DNA of 64,000 nucleotides, from positions 1 to 64,000 of the forward strand of contig JAKFBU010000073.1 of the NCBI GenBank assembly GCA_036676985.1, in the 5' to 3' direction. Both the position numbers and the translations under genes were made by a program. Of this stretch, positions 51,801 to 60,925 are shown one piece after another. Positions within the stretch are counted from its first letter, which is position 1, and each line of letters begins with the position of its first letter. This stretch comes from Candidatus Sericytochromatia bacterium. GTDB lineage: Bacteria > Cyanobacteriota > Sericytochromatia > S15B-MN24 > UBA4093. The notes below the pieces were generated by a model. The model searched no databases, was not told where the DNA came from, and was given only the letters and a program-made list of their open reading frames with translations.

Positions 51801-51923
51801 GAGCGAAAAGGCGATCTTGGGGTTCTGGGGCTGAGCTTTCCGGATCTCCTCGAAGAAGGAGACGGCCTCCGGAAACCGCTTCTCGCGAAAGGCCTTGACG
51901 GCTAGCTCGATGGATGAGGGCAT
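48852..51923 (-). CDS. TPR - Zn ribbon - tandem MshEN-like repeats - TM - extracytoplasmic TPR protein
   Basis: CPEC..CAC; about six RLG..L...G.I....L..AL..Q-like units; a single TM (ILLAALAGAVLLAGGLVIV); C-terminal TPRs. Confidence 0.75.
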   Translation of the reverse strand: MPSSIELAVKAFREKRFPEAVSFFEEIRKAQPQNPKIAFSLAQSYQAVGRMVEAHAILLELKAGEDANIVQLATRALETIVLPAAPPEAERGSELFCPECGNPVPPERAQAPWCACGWGIRRLKGDDCLYLAHLKTATRELGRSLELKMHGDLYAIVDNAVWIKHLSDQMTPIDPRQVFRVDQGQPYLQREDLDRFMPKVDDRAVVRLGQIGSVGKLLTWEELLEKVKAVVPDPSHRPEGGLKSVLAEYSDLPPELLDRAEQEGGAGRLGTILLESGACTLQVLLESALGTPHVFAPAHHQRNHIGRLLLEAGAISELVLKQALIMQIKRPRPLEDILRAQVSPAAMRQALRALERLPQEGPETDRLGEVLFAMGAISRTELTQALQERAKRSKLTGKIMQERGMVTDEVLVEALTRQQLKRSLRAEGEVRLGTVLVELQACEPKHLARGLVAQIMDPRPIGEILVGMAAITPEQLVTAIAEQERRLDALAERRLPAALKKAQLSDIDLPPKKTRKRERIPLADEAGGSERRKSRQTRRFKRDEQDAESGSPRLPRPILLAALAGAVLLAGGLVIVRGIKPPAPSPQVAASAAPMRGQAASPGAVPVERRPAFSSLTAANVVNVDVDQVMERLEKGDPNPLGEGFLGASGSGPIKLDPSLQAAVERKAGVSTGSAGNSPSTRGSLVGSEGVGDLDLDEPVAAVKAPQAKLPAGTQAGIALANQGNLPGAEKALQTALTKVPGNADVLGQLGQVQRRMGKLPQAEHSLGQAARLSPDRPQVWADLGATRLQRGNVAGAIAAFSSGVQAAPRDPAMHNRLGLALLQKGRPADARKAFEGALKVDPGNPNSHFNLGLLQAKEDAAGARDHYEQASDGFYELVDSRMALADALKAQGDLRGSLESYRGALRANTLLAQVELELGKLDLQARDARKATEHFKTSKLAYRANAIARDHIGLVLASLKKSRQAEVEWLQATKIAPFYAPPAVQLGNYYRLAGRSKEAERYFALAKQATVKQRLNHLLDSL

Positions 51924-52158
51924 GACGCTTGCATTCTGGTCGGTGAGGTGAGAACGAGGCGCATGAAGCGGCAGGTTGCTCTGCGTGAAAATCGACGGAA
52001 TTATATCACCGAGGCGCCAGCCTGGCTACCGACCGCCTCTAGGGCACAGCGATCGGGTAGGGGCACGATGGATCGGACCTTGTAGCGTTTGCCCCCCGCG
52101 AGAAGCTGCTACGCCGCCGTTTCGCGTTCACTGGAACGGCCGCTTCCCAGCGTAAGCG

Positions 52159-52539
52159 CTAGAACATTCCATTGTCGTTCTCGGCGGTCTCGGGGACGCG
52201 CTGCAGCACGTCCCAATGCTCGACGATCTTGCCGCGCTCGTCGAAGCGGAAAATGTCCATTCCGGCCCAGTCGGCGTCGCCCGGCCATTCCTGCCGGGTG
52301 TGCAGCACGACCTTGTCTCCCTCGGCCAGCGCGCGGAGGATGTGCACCCGCTTGCCGGGGTACTCCTTCGCCATACGCTGGAAGTAGGCGATGAAGCCTT
52401 CCTTGCCGTCCGGTACCATCGGGTTGTGCTGAAGGTAGCGATCGCCCCCGTAACGGTCCATGGCCTCCTCCGGCTGGCAGTCGTTGAACATCAGCTCGTA
52501 GAAGGCGATCGCGTTGCGCTTGTTTTCTTCCGGGTTCAT
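52159..52539 (-). CDS. SnoaL/NTF2-like protein
   Basis: YLQHNP...DG, AEGD.V and DIFRF...GKIVEHWDV motifs. Confidence 0.88.
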   Translation of the reverse strand: MNPEENKRNAIAFYELMFNDCQPEEAMDRYGGDRYLQHNPMVPDGKEGFIAYFQRMAKEYPGKRVHILRALAEGDKVVLHTRQEWPGDADWAGMDIFRFDERGKIVEHWDVLQRVPETAENDNGMF

Positions 52540-52792
52540 GTCTTCCCTTCCATCTCACCCCAAGGCAGCTGACGGGCATCGAGAAAGGCCGCCACGAATG
52601 CCGTACCGCCCAACGGCAGCGAGGTGGCCTGCTCGGCGACCTCGACGCCAGAATAGACCTGGCCATGCCTTTTCTATAATCGAATGACCCCATTCCTTGC
52701 AGCCGGTTACGACAAGCCTCGGTCCGAGAGCCCCCTTGATCCCGAAAGCCCAGGGAGCAACTCCCTGGGCTTACGGCGGTTTGGGTGGCCCT

Positions 52793-54460
52793 CTAATTCA
52801 CGATGCGGACGGAATCCGTTCCTTGGAAGGGAAGGGCATCGTTGGTCTGGCCTTCGAGGGTTGCGTCGGTGTCGGTTGAGGTCAACAGCAGATCCCGGGT
52901 GGGGAACTGGGCGACCATGTCGAGCCGGCCATCGCCGTTGACATCCTGGAGTGAAACCTGGAAGGTCCCGTTCTTGTTCTGGTTGATGGACGCTCCCTCC
53001 AGGGTGACGGAAGCCGGATCGACCTCGGTGGCATCGAAGTCCTCGCTGCCGAGGATGGCGACTGGCACGCTGCCGTTGGATTTCAGGTTGAGGCTATTGG
53101 GGAAGGTGCCGGGCTTGATGTCGATGACGGCCTCGACGATCGACGCCTCCTTGAGCAGCTTGGCGACAAAGGCGTCGAACCCACCCGGGTCGCTCGTGGT
53201 GCCTGCGACATAAATGCCCGAAGCCTCGACGGCGATACCTTCAGCCGCTTGGAAAAAGGCCGTGCCGAATTGTCGGGTCCATACCTCGTTCCCGGTGACA
53301 TCATACTTGCGCACATAGGCATCGCTGCCCCCTGAGCTGGTTTGCCCGGGCAAGGCGCCGCCTGCACGGCCTGCGAGATACACCCCGGTCGCATTGATGG
53401 CAATACCATCAGCTTGGTCAAGGCCGGACGAACCGAACTGTCGGGTCCAATCCTCGTTGCCATTGGCGTCGTACCTCCGGGCAAAGGCATCCCGCCCCCC
53501 TGAGCTGGTTTGCCCGGACAGGGTTCCGTCGGTTAGGCCTGCGAGATATACGCCGGTCGCATCGGCTGCAACACCCTTCACTTGGTCATGGTCCGCAGAA
53601 CCGAACTGCCGGGTCCAGAGCTCATCTCCGCTCACGTCATACTTCCGGACAAACGCATCGAACCCTCCGGAATTGCTCTCCGGAAGAAAGACCCCGCTCG
53701 CGGTTCCTGCCACGTACACACTGCCGCCATCAGCGGTCACGGAAAAGGCGGCATCCGAACCACCGGTTCCAAACTGTCGCGTCCAAACCTCGTTGCCATT
53801 GGCATCGTATTTGCGGATATAGGCATCCGAGCTGAAGAGACCGAATTTGGCTTGCCCTGGCAGCGTACCGAACGTTTGTCCCACGACATACACGTGGTTG
53901 GTGTCGTCGAGGGAGATGCTGACGGCGTCCTCGAAGTCGAGCGTCCCGAATTGTCGGGTCCAGACCTCGTTGCCGTTGACGTCGTATTTGCGGACGTAGG
54001 CGTCGCTGCCGCCGAAAGCCGTTTGTCCCGGCAAGGCAGCGCTTGTCGTGCCTACCACATAACTGTTCCCGGTGGCGTCGGTGACAACGCCTCTGGCGTG
54101 ATCGTCGGAGGACGAGCCGAACTGTCGCGTCCAGACCTCGTTTCCGTCCCCGTCATATCGTCGGACGTAGGCATCGCTGCCGCCGGAAGCCGTTTGTCCG
54201 GGCAAGGTGCCGAACGTCAGTCCAACGACCGTTATGGCGTTGGCCACGGCGTAAACACCAAAGGCCTCGTCCTGGAAAGTTGTTCCGAACTGTCGGTTCC
54301 AGGCGATATCTCCTGCTTGCATGGGACTGGCCTGTAGCTTGAACCCTTTCTTGCCATCGAGCCCGTCCCTCGAGGTGGGGGCAAGAGTGGGGGTCATCTG
54401 GTAGCACCCCGAGATGGCGGTTGCCAGTGCCGTTGCGACGATCAGGCGAAAAGTCTTCAT
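52793..54460 (-). CDS. SBBP-type beta-propeller lipoprotein
   Basis: Lipobox ISGC; about seven GG.DA.VRKYD..GNE.WTRQFG repeats; C-terminal IDIKPG...DVNGDG domain. Confidence 0.82.
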   Translation of the reverse strand: MKTFRLIVATALATAISGCYQMTPTLAPTSRDGLDGKKGFKLQASPMQAGDIAWNRQFGTTFQDEAFGVYAVANAITVVGLTFGTLPGQTASGGSDAYVRRYDGDGNEVWTRQFGSSSDDHARGVVTDATGNSYVVGTTSAALPGQTAFGGSDAYVRKYDVNGNEVWTRQFGTLDFEDAVSISLDDTNHVYVVGQTFGTLPGQAKFGLFSSDAYIRKYDANGNEVWTRQFGTGGSDAAFSVTADGGSVYVAGTASGVFLPESNSGGFDAFVRKYDVSGDELWTRQFGSADHDQVKGVAADATGVYLAGLTDGTLSGQTSSGGRDAFARRYDANGNEDWTRQFGSSGLDQADGIAINATGVYLAGRAGGALPGQTSSGGSDAYVRKYDVTGNEVWTRQFGTAFFQAAEGIAVEASGIYVAGTTSDPGGFDAFVAKLLKEASIVEAVIDIKPGTFPNSLNLKSNGSVPVAILGSEDFDATEVDPASVTLEGASINQNKNGTFQVSLQDVNGDGRLDMVAQFPTRDLLLTSTDTDATLEGQTNDALPFQGTDSVRIVN

Positions 54461-54752
54461 GATTGTCTCCATGGCGGTGCGATGTTTTCGTGTCACGCCA
54501 GCACGATACGCGTCGAGCCATCTCTCGAGCTAGAGGCAAGCGAGCAAGGACTGTGGGCAAACGGAACAAGACGATGATCCCTGACACGGGGTGGGGGCTG
54601 TTCGACGCGATCCCCTCCGTGAACGCGCCGCATCATGCCCTTCCGAGCCAACGCCTCGGCGATCGCCGGTGCCCCACCTGTCGACGACAGGGCGTTGACA
54701 CTTGGTGAGGACCTCGTCCTTGTGGCATGATGAGGAGGACGAGGAATCCACC

Positions 54753-56918
54753 GTGCCCGAAACACCCAATCCCTCCGATCGACTCGCGCATGACGGCGAA
54801 CGGCGCGATCGCTTGAGCCTCATCGAGGGCCGCTTCCGCGCCCTGATGCTCGCGACCTCCCAGATCGCCTGGACCGCGAATGCGCAAGGCGAGAGCGACA
54901 CCAACCTCGGGATGTGGCAGGCCTTCACCGGACAGACCGATGCAGAGGTCAAGGGCACCGGGTGGCTCGAAGCCGTCCACCCGGAAGACCGGGAGCGTAC
55001 CCGAGAAGCGTGGGACCTCGCCGTCGCAACCCGTTCCATCTACGACACCGAGTACCGCCTGAGGCGCTACGACGGCACCTACCGCTGGTTCTCGGTAAGG
55101 GGAGTGCCCGTCCTGGACGTGGCGGGCAACGTGCTGGAGTGGGTCGGCATCAGCCGGGACATCGACGAGGAGAAGCGGACGCTCGATCGGCTCCGTCAGA
55201 GCGAGAGCAACCTGGCCGTGGCCCAGTCCATCGCACACCTCGGGAGCTGGGACTGGGACATCGCCACGGGCCGCACCAGATGGTCGGAAGAAATGTTCCG
55301 CATCCACGGCCTCGAACCCGGTGAGCAGAGCCCGCCCTACGAGAGCATCCTTGCCATGATCCATCCCGAGGACCGGCACGTGGTGACCGCTGCGGTTCAG
55401 GTGCAACTGGAGCGCGACCGGCACGACACCGAGTGGCAATCCGTCCCCTTGGAATACCGAATCGTGCGCCCCGACGGAAGTGTCCGCTGGGTCGTCGGCA
55501 AGTCCATCACCACCTACGCGTCGGATGGTCGCCCCATTCGCAACCGGGGAACCCTACAGGACATCACCGAGCGCAAGCAGGCGGAGCAGGCCCTGGCCCG
55601 GAGTGCCGGACGCCTCAGGATCCTCTCGGAAGCCTCTCGCCTCTTCGCCGAGGCCCCGCCGGACCTCCTCGCCCTGCTGGACACGATCGCGCGCCACATC
55701 GCCGAGGTGATCGGCGGGGCCGTGAGCACCTTCCTGATCTCCGAGGACGGTCGACACCTGGACAACGTGTCGGTCTATCATCCGGACCCGGACCTGAACG
55801 ACTACTACCGCCGATTTCTCCAGGACCATCCGCTGCGCCTGGACGCGGGGCTCAGCGGAAAGGTCTTTCAAAGCGGGGAAACGCTTTTTCTTCCGGTGGC
55901 GTCGGCCGATCTCCAGCGCTCTCTCGTCAGGACCGACTACTGGCCCCTGATCGAGCACATGAAGGTGCAGGGCCTGACGGCCGTCCCCCTCAAGGTGCGC
56001 GGCCGAACGATAGGAATCCTGTTCAGCCTGCGCACCGGGGAGACGTCCCATGCCCAGACCCCGGAGGATCTCGACCTGCTGAGAGACCTAGCCGATCGCG
56101 CCGCGCTGGCAATCGACAGCGCCCGCCTCATCGAGACCCTCGAGCAACGCGTGCGCGAACGGACCGCGGAGCTCGAGGCCGCCTACGAGCATCTCAAGGA
56201 GCTCGACCGACTCAAGAGCAACTTCGTCAACTCGGTCACCCACGAGCTCCGGACGCCCTTGACGTCGATCATCGGCTACACGGAGTTCCTCGAGGACGAG
56301 ATCGGCGGCCCCGTCACGCCCATGCAGCGGGAGTTCGTGACGCAGATCGAGCGCGGCGCGCGGAGGCTCGAGTACCTCCTGAACGACCTGCTCGACTTCG
56401 CCCGGCTGGAGGCCGGAACCTTCAAACTGAGGCTCGAGTCCGCCTCCTTCTCCGACAAGGTCCGGGAGGTGGTCGAGAGCCTCAAGCCCCAGGTCGACGA
56501 AGCCAGGCTCAGGCTGGAGGTGTCCCTCCCCGAGGAGCCGTTGATCCTGCGGATGGATCCGCAACGCATCGGCCAGGTGCTGATCAACCTGCTCGGCAAC
56601 GCCCTCAAGTTCACTCCGGCCGAGGGACGGATCCAGGTGCGGGCCCGCCTCGAGCAAGAGCGGCTCCTTTGCGAGGTCGAGGACACGGGGCCAGGCATCG
56701 CGCCCGAGGACATCCCCAAGCTGTTCCAGCGGTTTCGCCAGCTGGACGCCGGAGTCTCGAAGGGCAAGGGGACCGGCCTGGGGCTCTCGATCAGCAAGGC
56801 CCTGGTCGAAGCCCACGGTGGGGCGATCGGGGTCCGCAGCGAGCTGGGGAAGGGGAGCACCTTCTGGTTCGAGTTGCCCCTCGATCCGGAGGCCGCGCGA
56901 ACGGAGCACGCCGCCTGA
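54753..56918 (+). CDS. cytoplasmic PAS-PAS-GAF sensor histidine kinase
   Basis: Two PAS_3 domains (HPEDR, EYR), GAF, H-box THELRTPL, NALKF, D.G.GI and GTGLGL motifs; start uncertain (54702 or 54753). Confidence 0.93.
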   Translation: MPETPNPSDRLAHDGERRDRLSLIEGRFRALMLATSQIAWTANAQGESDTNLGMWQAFTGQTDAEVKGTGWLEAVHPEDRERTREAWDLAVATRSIYDTEYRLRRYDGTYRWFSVRGVPVLDVAGNVLEWVGISRDIDEEKRTLDRLRQSESNLAVAQSIAHLGSWDWDIATGRTRWSEEMFRIHGLEPGEQSPPYESILAMIHPEDRHVVTAAVQVQLERDRHDTEWQSVPLEYRIVRPDGSVRWVVGKSITTYASDGRPIRNRGTLQDITERKQAEQALARSAGRLRILSEASRLFAEAPPDLLALLDTIARHIAEVIGGAVSTFLISEDGRHLDNVSVYHPDPDLNDYYRRFLQDHPLRLDAGLSGKVFQSGETLFLPVASADLQRSLVRTDYWPLIEHMKVQGLTAVPLKVRGRTIGILFSLRTGETSHAQTPEDLDLLRDLADRAALAIDSARLIETLEQRVRERTAELEAAYEHLKELDRLKSNFVNSVTHELRTPLTSIIGYTEFLEDEIGGPVTPMQREFVTQIERGARRLEYLLNDLLDFARLEAGTFKLRLESASFSDKVREVVESLKPQVDEARLRLEVSLPEEPLILRMDPQRIGQVLINLLGNALKFTPAEGRIQVRARLEQERLLCEVEDTGPGIAPEDIPKLFQRFRQLDAGVSKGKGTGLGLSISKALVEAHGGAIGVRSELGKGSTFWFELPLDPEAARTEHAA

Positions 56919-56926
56919 GGGGTGCC

Positions 56927-58006
56927 TCAGGGCATGCGCGCCAGTCTCCGGATGGCGCTGTTACGGGTATCCGTGACGAAAAAGCCGCCCGATCCATCCG
57001 TGATGATGGTCCGCGGCCAGTTGAAGCGGGCCGCCGCTCCGTCCCCGTTCACGAGCCCGGTCTTACCGGGTTCCGTGCCGCCGGCGATCGTGGTCACTGA
57101 GCCTCCGGGCGTCACCCGGCGAATCTTTTGGTTGGTCGCATCGATCACATAGACGTTGCCTTCGCCATCCAGCGCGACACTCGAGGGCCCGCTGAAGCGC
57201 GCCAGGTCGCCATTGCCGTCGGCGTAGCCGCGCGTGCCTCCCGCCAGCACCGTCTTGGTCTGGCCCGCGAGGTTGACGAGCGTCAGGTTGTCGTAGACGC
57301 TGTCGGCCACCACCATGCGTCCATCCGCCGTGAAGGCGAAGCCCGCCGGATTGAAGAACCAGTCGGGCGTCGCATAGGAGACCGTGCCGTCGGCAATCTT
57401 GTAGATGCGCCCATACCAGTCCGACACGTAGAGATGACCGTCCGGACCGAAGGCGAGCGTGGTCGGGATCTTGAACTTCGCCTCGGCAATCGGGCCTATG
57501 GCCGCCCCTTCGGCGGTGGCCTCCGTCGAGCCAGCGAAGGTCGTCACGACGCCCTCGGGCGTCACCTTGCGGATGCGGTGGTTGTACGTGTCGGCCACGT
57601 AGAGGTTGCCGTCCGGCGCCAACGCGATCCCCTCCGGAAAGTGGAACTTGGCGGCGGTACCGGTGCCGTCGAGGTAGCCCCGGGAGTCGCCCGCCCCCGT
57701 CCAGCCGGCGAGCGTCGTCACGGTCCCGGCGGGAGTGATCTTGCGGATGAGGTTGGAGTTGCGATCGGCGACGTAGAGGTTGCCCGAGTCGTCGCGCACC
57801 AGGCCCATCACCCAGCCGATGTCACCCGCAAAGGTGGAGGCCACGTAGGGTCCGGCGGAGTTGCCGGAGACCGAGGGCGTCGGGGAGGCCGAGGGCGTCT
57901 GGCCGTCCGTGGGCGTGGAGGTCGAGGAATTCGGGGCCAGGGGAGTGCAGCCGAGCACCATGAGGGCGGCGACGGTGAGGGCGAGCACGAGGCGGCGACT
58001 GACCAA
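56927..58006 (-). CDS. NHL-repeat lipoprotein
   Basis: Lipobox VLGC and repeats of F..P.G.A....GNLYVAD..N..IRK.TP.G.VTT.AG; start approximate. Confidence 0.82.
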   Translation of the reverse strand: MVSRRLVLALTVAALMVLGCTPLAPNSSTSTPTDGQTPSASPTPSVSGNSAGPYVASTFAGDIGWVMGLVRDDSGNLYVADRNSNLIRKITPAGTVTTLAGWTGAGDSRGYLDGTGTAAKFHFPEGIALAPDGNLYVADTYNHRIRKVTPEGVVTTFAGSTEATAEGAAIGPIAEAKFKIPTTLAFGPDGHLYVSDWYGRIYKIADGTVSYATPDWFFNPAGFAFTADGRMVVADSVYDNLTLVNLAGQTKTVLAGGTRGYADGNGDLARFSGPSSVALDGEGNVYVIDATNQKIRRVTPGGSVTTIAGGTEPGKTGLVNGDGAAARFNWPRTIITDGSGGFFVTDTRNSAIRRLARMP

Positions 58007-58127
58007 TGAGGGGTCCTCCGTATAGCGGGGGCGGCAGCACAACGAGCGCTCGGCCGATGATACCCGAATGACACCCCCTTCGCAAACCAGCTCGGACGGG
58101 TGCTCAAAGCTCCGGATCGAAACGGTT

Positions 58128-58157
58128 CGAGCCCCCCACCGTCCGGTGGGGGGCTCG
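58128..58157. terminator. hairpin terminator
   Basis: cgagccccccacc-gtcc-ggtggggggctcg. Confidence 0.65.
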
Positions 58158-58180
58158 CTTACCGTTGGAACGCTCGAGCC

Positions 58181-59695
58181 TCAGGAGGCCGGGGCCATCT
58201 CCGCGCGCTCGATGGTCTTGAGTCGACCGCCGGTCGTATAGCCACCAAAGAGGTAGAAGTACTTGCCGAGGAACATGCCGGTCGCCTTTTCGCGCGTCAC
58301 GGTCAGGTCCACGCCGTTGACAATCGAGAAGCTGCCCACCACGCCGTTGGTGACGGTGGCCGCCTCGACCGAGATCATCCGGGCATCCGTGCCGTCGGTG
58401 CCGCCGACGACGTAGAGCTTGTTGCCAATCAGGCCCCCGACGTGGAAGGCGCGGCCTTCGGTCAGGAACGCGCTCACCACCGTCTCGAAGGCGCCAATGG
58501 TGCCGTCGACGTAGATGGGAGCACGCTCGACCGAGTTCACGGTCGAACCACCCGCGTTCTTGCCGCCGAGAACGTAGAGGTAGTTCCCCGTCACGACGGC
58601 CAGATGACCCTGACGCACCCCGTTCATGGAGCCCACCTCCACGAAGGTCCCGAGCGTGTCGTTGGAGTTGATGGGAGCTCGCTCGACCGTGTTGGTGGCC
58701 GTCGAGCTCTCGTCCAGGCCGCCGAGCACGTAGAGGTAGTTCCCGATCCGCACCGCCTGCCCGAACGTATGGCCCTCGAGCAACTCGCTCTGATAGTTGA
58801 AGGAGCCCGGGACGCCCGACGCGTTGAGGTCGGCCCGCTCGATGCTCTTGAGCGTGCCGCCGTTGCCGACTCCGGCGATGGCGTACAGGCTGTTGCCCGT
58901 GACCAGGGCCATCGCCCCTCGACGAGCGGCCTGAAGGGCCGCGGCGGCCGTCTCGAAGGCGCCAATGACGCCCGTCTGGCTCAAACTCGCCTTCTGGACC
59001 CGGGCATTGATGCCGGTTGCTTCATCGACCCCACCGATCACGTAGGCCGTCGAGGCCGTGGCCGCTACGCAGGCCGAGTCGACCTCCGAGGCGAGGCGAA
59101 AGCTCTCGCCGAGTTCGGCGAAGTCCCCCATGATCGTCGGCGCGGGCGTGGAAAGCGTCACGGGGTCGCCATCGGTGATCGTGACGGCGGCCGCGAGGCT
59201 GCCGGGCGGGGTGGGCGTCGGGAACGGAGTCGGAGTGGGCTCCGGCGTGTAGGTGACGGTGTCTTCCAGCTTGACGGTGATGTCGGCCGTGGCCGTCTGG
59301 TTGGAGACGATGGTGACCGTCTTCGACGCCGCGCCGATGCTCCGGTCCTCGGAGTCGTAAGCCGTCACCGAGACGGTCGCCGCTCCGACCGCGAGATCCG
59401 AGAAGCTGGCGTCTCCGCCCTCCGAGAGCTGGGCCGCCGACAGGGCAACACTCTGGTTGTTGCCACTGGCGGGGTCCACCTCCACGATCACCTCGTCGAC
59501 GTCGGCGGTCGTCGCCTGAGCCTTCAGCTTCGAGAAGTCGCCCTTGACCGTGACCTTGAGGGCTCCCTTGCCGGTCAACGCATCGTTCGCCGAGACCTTG
59601 GTGGCAGAAGGCAGCAAATCGGTACAACCTGGCGTCATGCTCAAGGTGGTGGTCAGGGCCAGCAGGCCCAGGATGGCGATGCGACGCTGTTTCAT
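58181..59695 (-). CDS. lipoprotein: Ig-like N-domain, PT linker, Kelch propeller
   Basis: Lipobox-like TPGC and six GNYLYVLGG...VERA.I...G.IG.F repeats. Confidence 0.82.
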   Translation of the reverse strand: MKQRRIAILGLLALTTTLSMTPGCTDLLPSATKVSANDALTGKGALKVTVKGDFSKLKAQATTADVDEVIVEVDPASGNNQSVALSAAQLSEGGDASFSDLAVGAATVSVTAYDSEDRSIGAASKTVTIVSNQTATADITVKLEDTVTYTPEPTPTPFPTPTPPGSLAAAVTITDGDPVTLSTPAPTIMGDFAELGESFRLASEVDSACVAATASTAYVIGGVDEATGINARVQKASLSQTGVIGAFETAAAALQAARRGAMALVTGNSLYAIAGVGNGGTLKSIERADLNASGVPGSFNYQSELLEGHTFGQAVRIGNYLYVLGGLDESSTATNTVERAPINSNDTLGTFVEVGSMNGVRQGHLAVVTGNYLYVLGGKNAGGSTVNSVERAPIYVDGTIGAFETVVSAFLTEGRAFHVGGLIGNKLYVVGGTDGTDARMISVEAATVTNGVVGSFSIVNGVDLTVTREKATGMFLGKYFYLFGGYTTGGRLKTIERAEMAPAS

Positions 59696-59901
59696 GGAAG
59701 GTCCTCTCTGCCCGCGGGCATTCGACTCGATACCGAACCTGTCGACGCCGCTCTTGGATCAAGTCAAGCAACCGACCATCCGTACGTTCCCGCAGGCCGT
59801 TTGACTGAAAAGCGAATGAACGAAATCCTTACGAGCCTCACGAAAGTCTCACGCCTCCTGGGGACCCCGTCGCGGCGGGGGCTCGAGCGGAACGATGGCC
59901 G

Positions 59902-60090
59902 CGAGACGGTAGCCCCCTGCCGGTTCGACTTCTGACCTACGACGTGGACCCGGACACGCCTTCGAACGTCGCGGCCATCGTTCCGCTCGATCCCCTCGCC
60001 CAGGGCACCACGTACGACGTTCGAGTCGTCGGGGCGATCGACGGCATGGCGCTGGACCCCTCCTGGACCTTCACGACGTCCGCTCGATAA
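59902..60090 (+). pseudogene. 3' remnant of a gene with an Ig-like C-terminal domain
   Basis: The frame reads RDGSPLPVRLLTYDVDPDTPSNVAAIVPLDPLAQGTTYDVRVVGAIDGMALDPSWTFTTSAR* with no convincing start or RBS. Confidence 0.55.
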
Positions 60091-60105
60091 GACGGCAGAA
60101 CGCGG

Positions 60106-60780
60106 CTACGCCTGATCGCGGAGCCGTTCGAGTCCGTCGAGAATGAGATCGAACCCGAACAAGAACTCGTTGGCATAGGCGTAGCCGGGCCGCAGGACGT
60201 GCCCCATGGCGAACTCGGTGAGGTGGGGGTACTCGCCGGCGGGCATGTGCTGGAAAAAGGCCGCCATTTCTTTCACCGGCACCTTCGTGGTGTCGAACGG
60301 CAGGCTCAGCTCTTGCAGCGCAAAGCCGTAGATGTAGGTGTCGATGGCCGAATACGCATGGGCCGTCATCTCCAGGGAGAAGCCCGCCTTGCGGATCATG
60401 CCCAGGACCGCGTCGTGGTGACGGAGCGTCGCCGGGCCCGGACGGCGCCGCGACTCCATGAGCCCAATGGCCCAGGGGTGCCGCAAGAGTGCGTCACGGG
60501 CCGAGGTGGCACGCTGGCGCATCGCCTTTCGCCAGTCTTTCTCCTCGGTCGGGAGGTCGATCTCGCTGAACACGACGTCGACCATGCCATCGAGGATCTC
60601 GTCCTTGTTGGCCACGTGGTAGTAGAGCGACATCGCCTCAACCCCGAGCCGCTCTGCGAGCTTGCGCATCGAGAGGGACCCGACGCCCTTCTCGTCGGCT
60701 AGCAACACGGCCGTGCGCATGACCCGCTCCTTGCTCAAAGGGACGCGGGCGTCGGATCCTGGATCGATCGGCGGGGCCAT
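60106..60780 (-). CDS. TetR-family regulator (TetR_C)
   Basis: LSMRKLAERLGVEAMSLYYHVANK HTH and F.FG.DLILDGL C-terminus. Confidence 0.92.
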   Translation of the reverse strand: MAPPIDPGSDARVPLSKERVMRTAVLLADEKGVGSLSMRKLAERLGVEAMSLYYHVANKDEILDGMVDVVFSEIDLPTEEKDWRKAMRQRATSARDALLRHPWAIGLMESRRRPGPATLRHHDAVLGMIRKAGFSLEMTAHAYSAIDTYIYGFALQELSLPFDTTKVPVKEMAAFFQHMPAGEYPHLTEFAMGHVLRPGYAYANEFLFGFDLILDGLERLRDQA

Positions 60781-60814
60781 GGGTCTCCTCTTGGGTCCGA
60801 TGGGGAATCCTAGC

Positions 60815-60854
60815 TTGACATCTTACACCGTAAGGCCTAGTCTTACACTGTAAG
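60815..60854 (+). promoter_or_regulatory. promoter with tandem TetR operators
   Basis: TTGACA (60815)-17-TAGTCT overlapped by two palindromes, CTTACACCGTAAG (60822-60834) and CTTACACTGTAAG (60842-60854). Confidence 0.8.
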
Positions 60855-60925
60855 GTCGCTCGTTCGGGCGGGTCCGCTCCCGGTGTCGGGAGGGCACTCA
60901 CCAGGTGAGGAAGGGGACAACATCC

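Noticed and set aside
53200-54300. Regularly spaced DNA repeats that could suggest a CRISPR array
   Set aside because: They are in-frame coding repeats (WTRQFG propeller blades), degenerate at third positions, and no cas genes are present.
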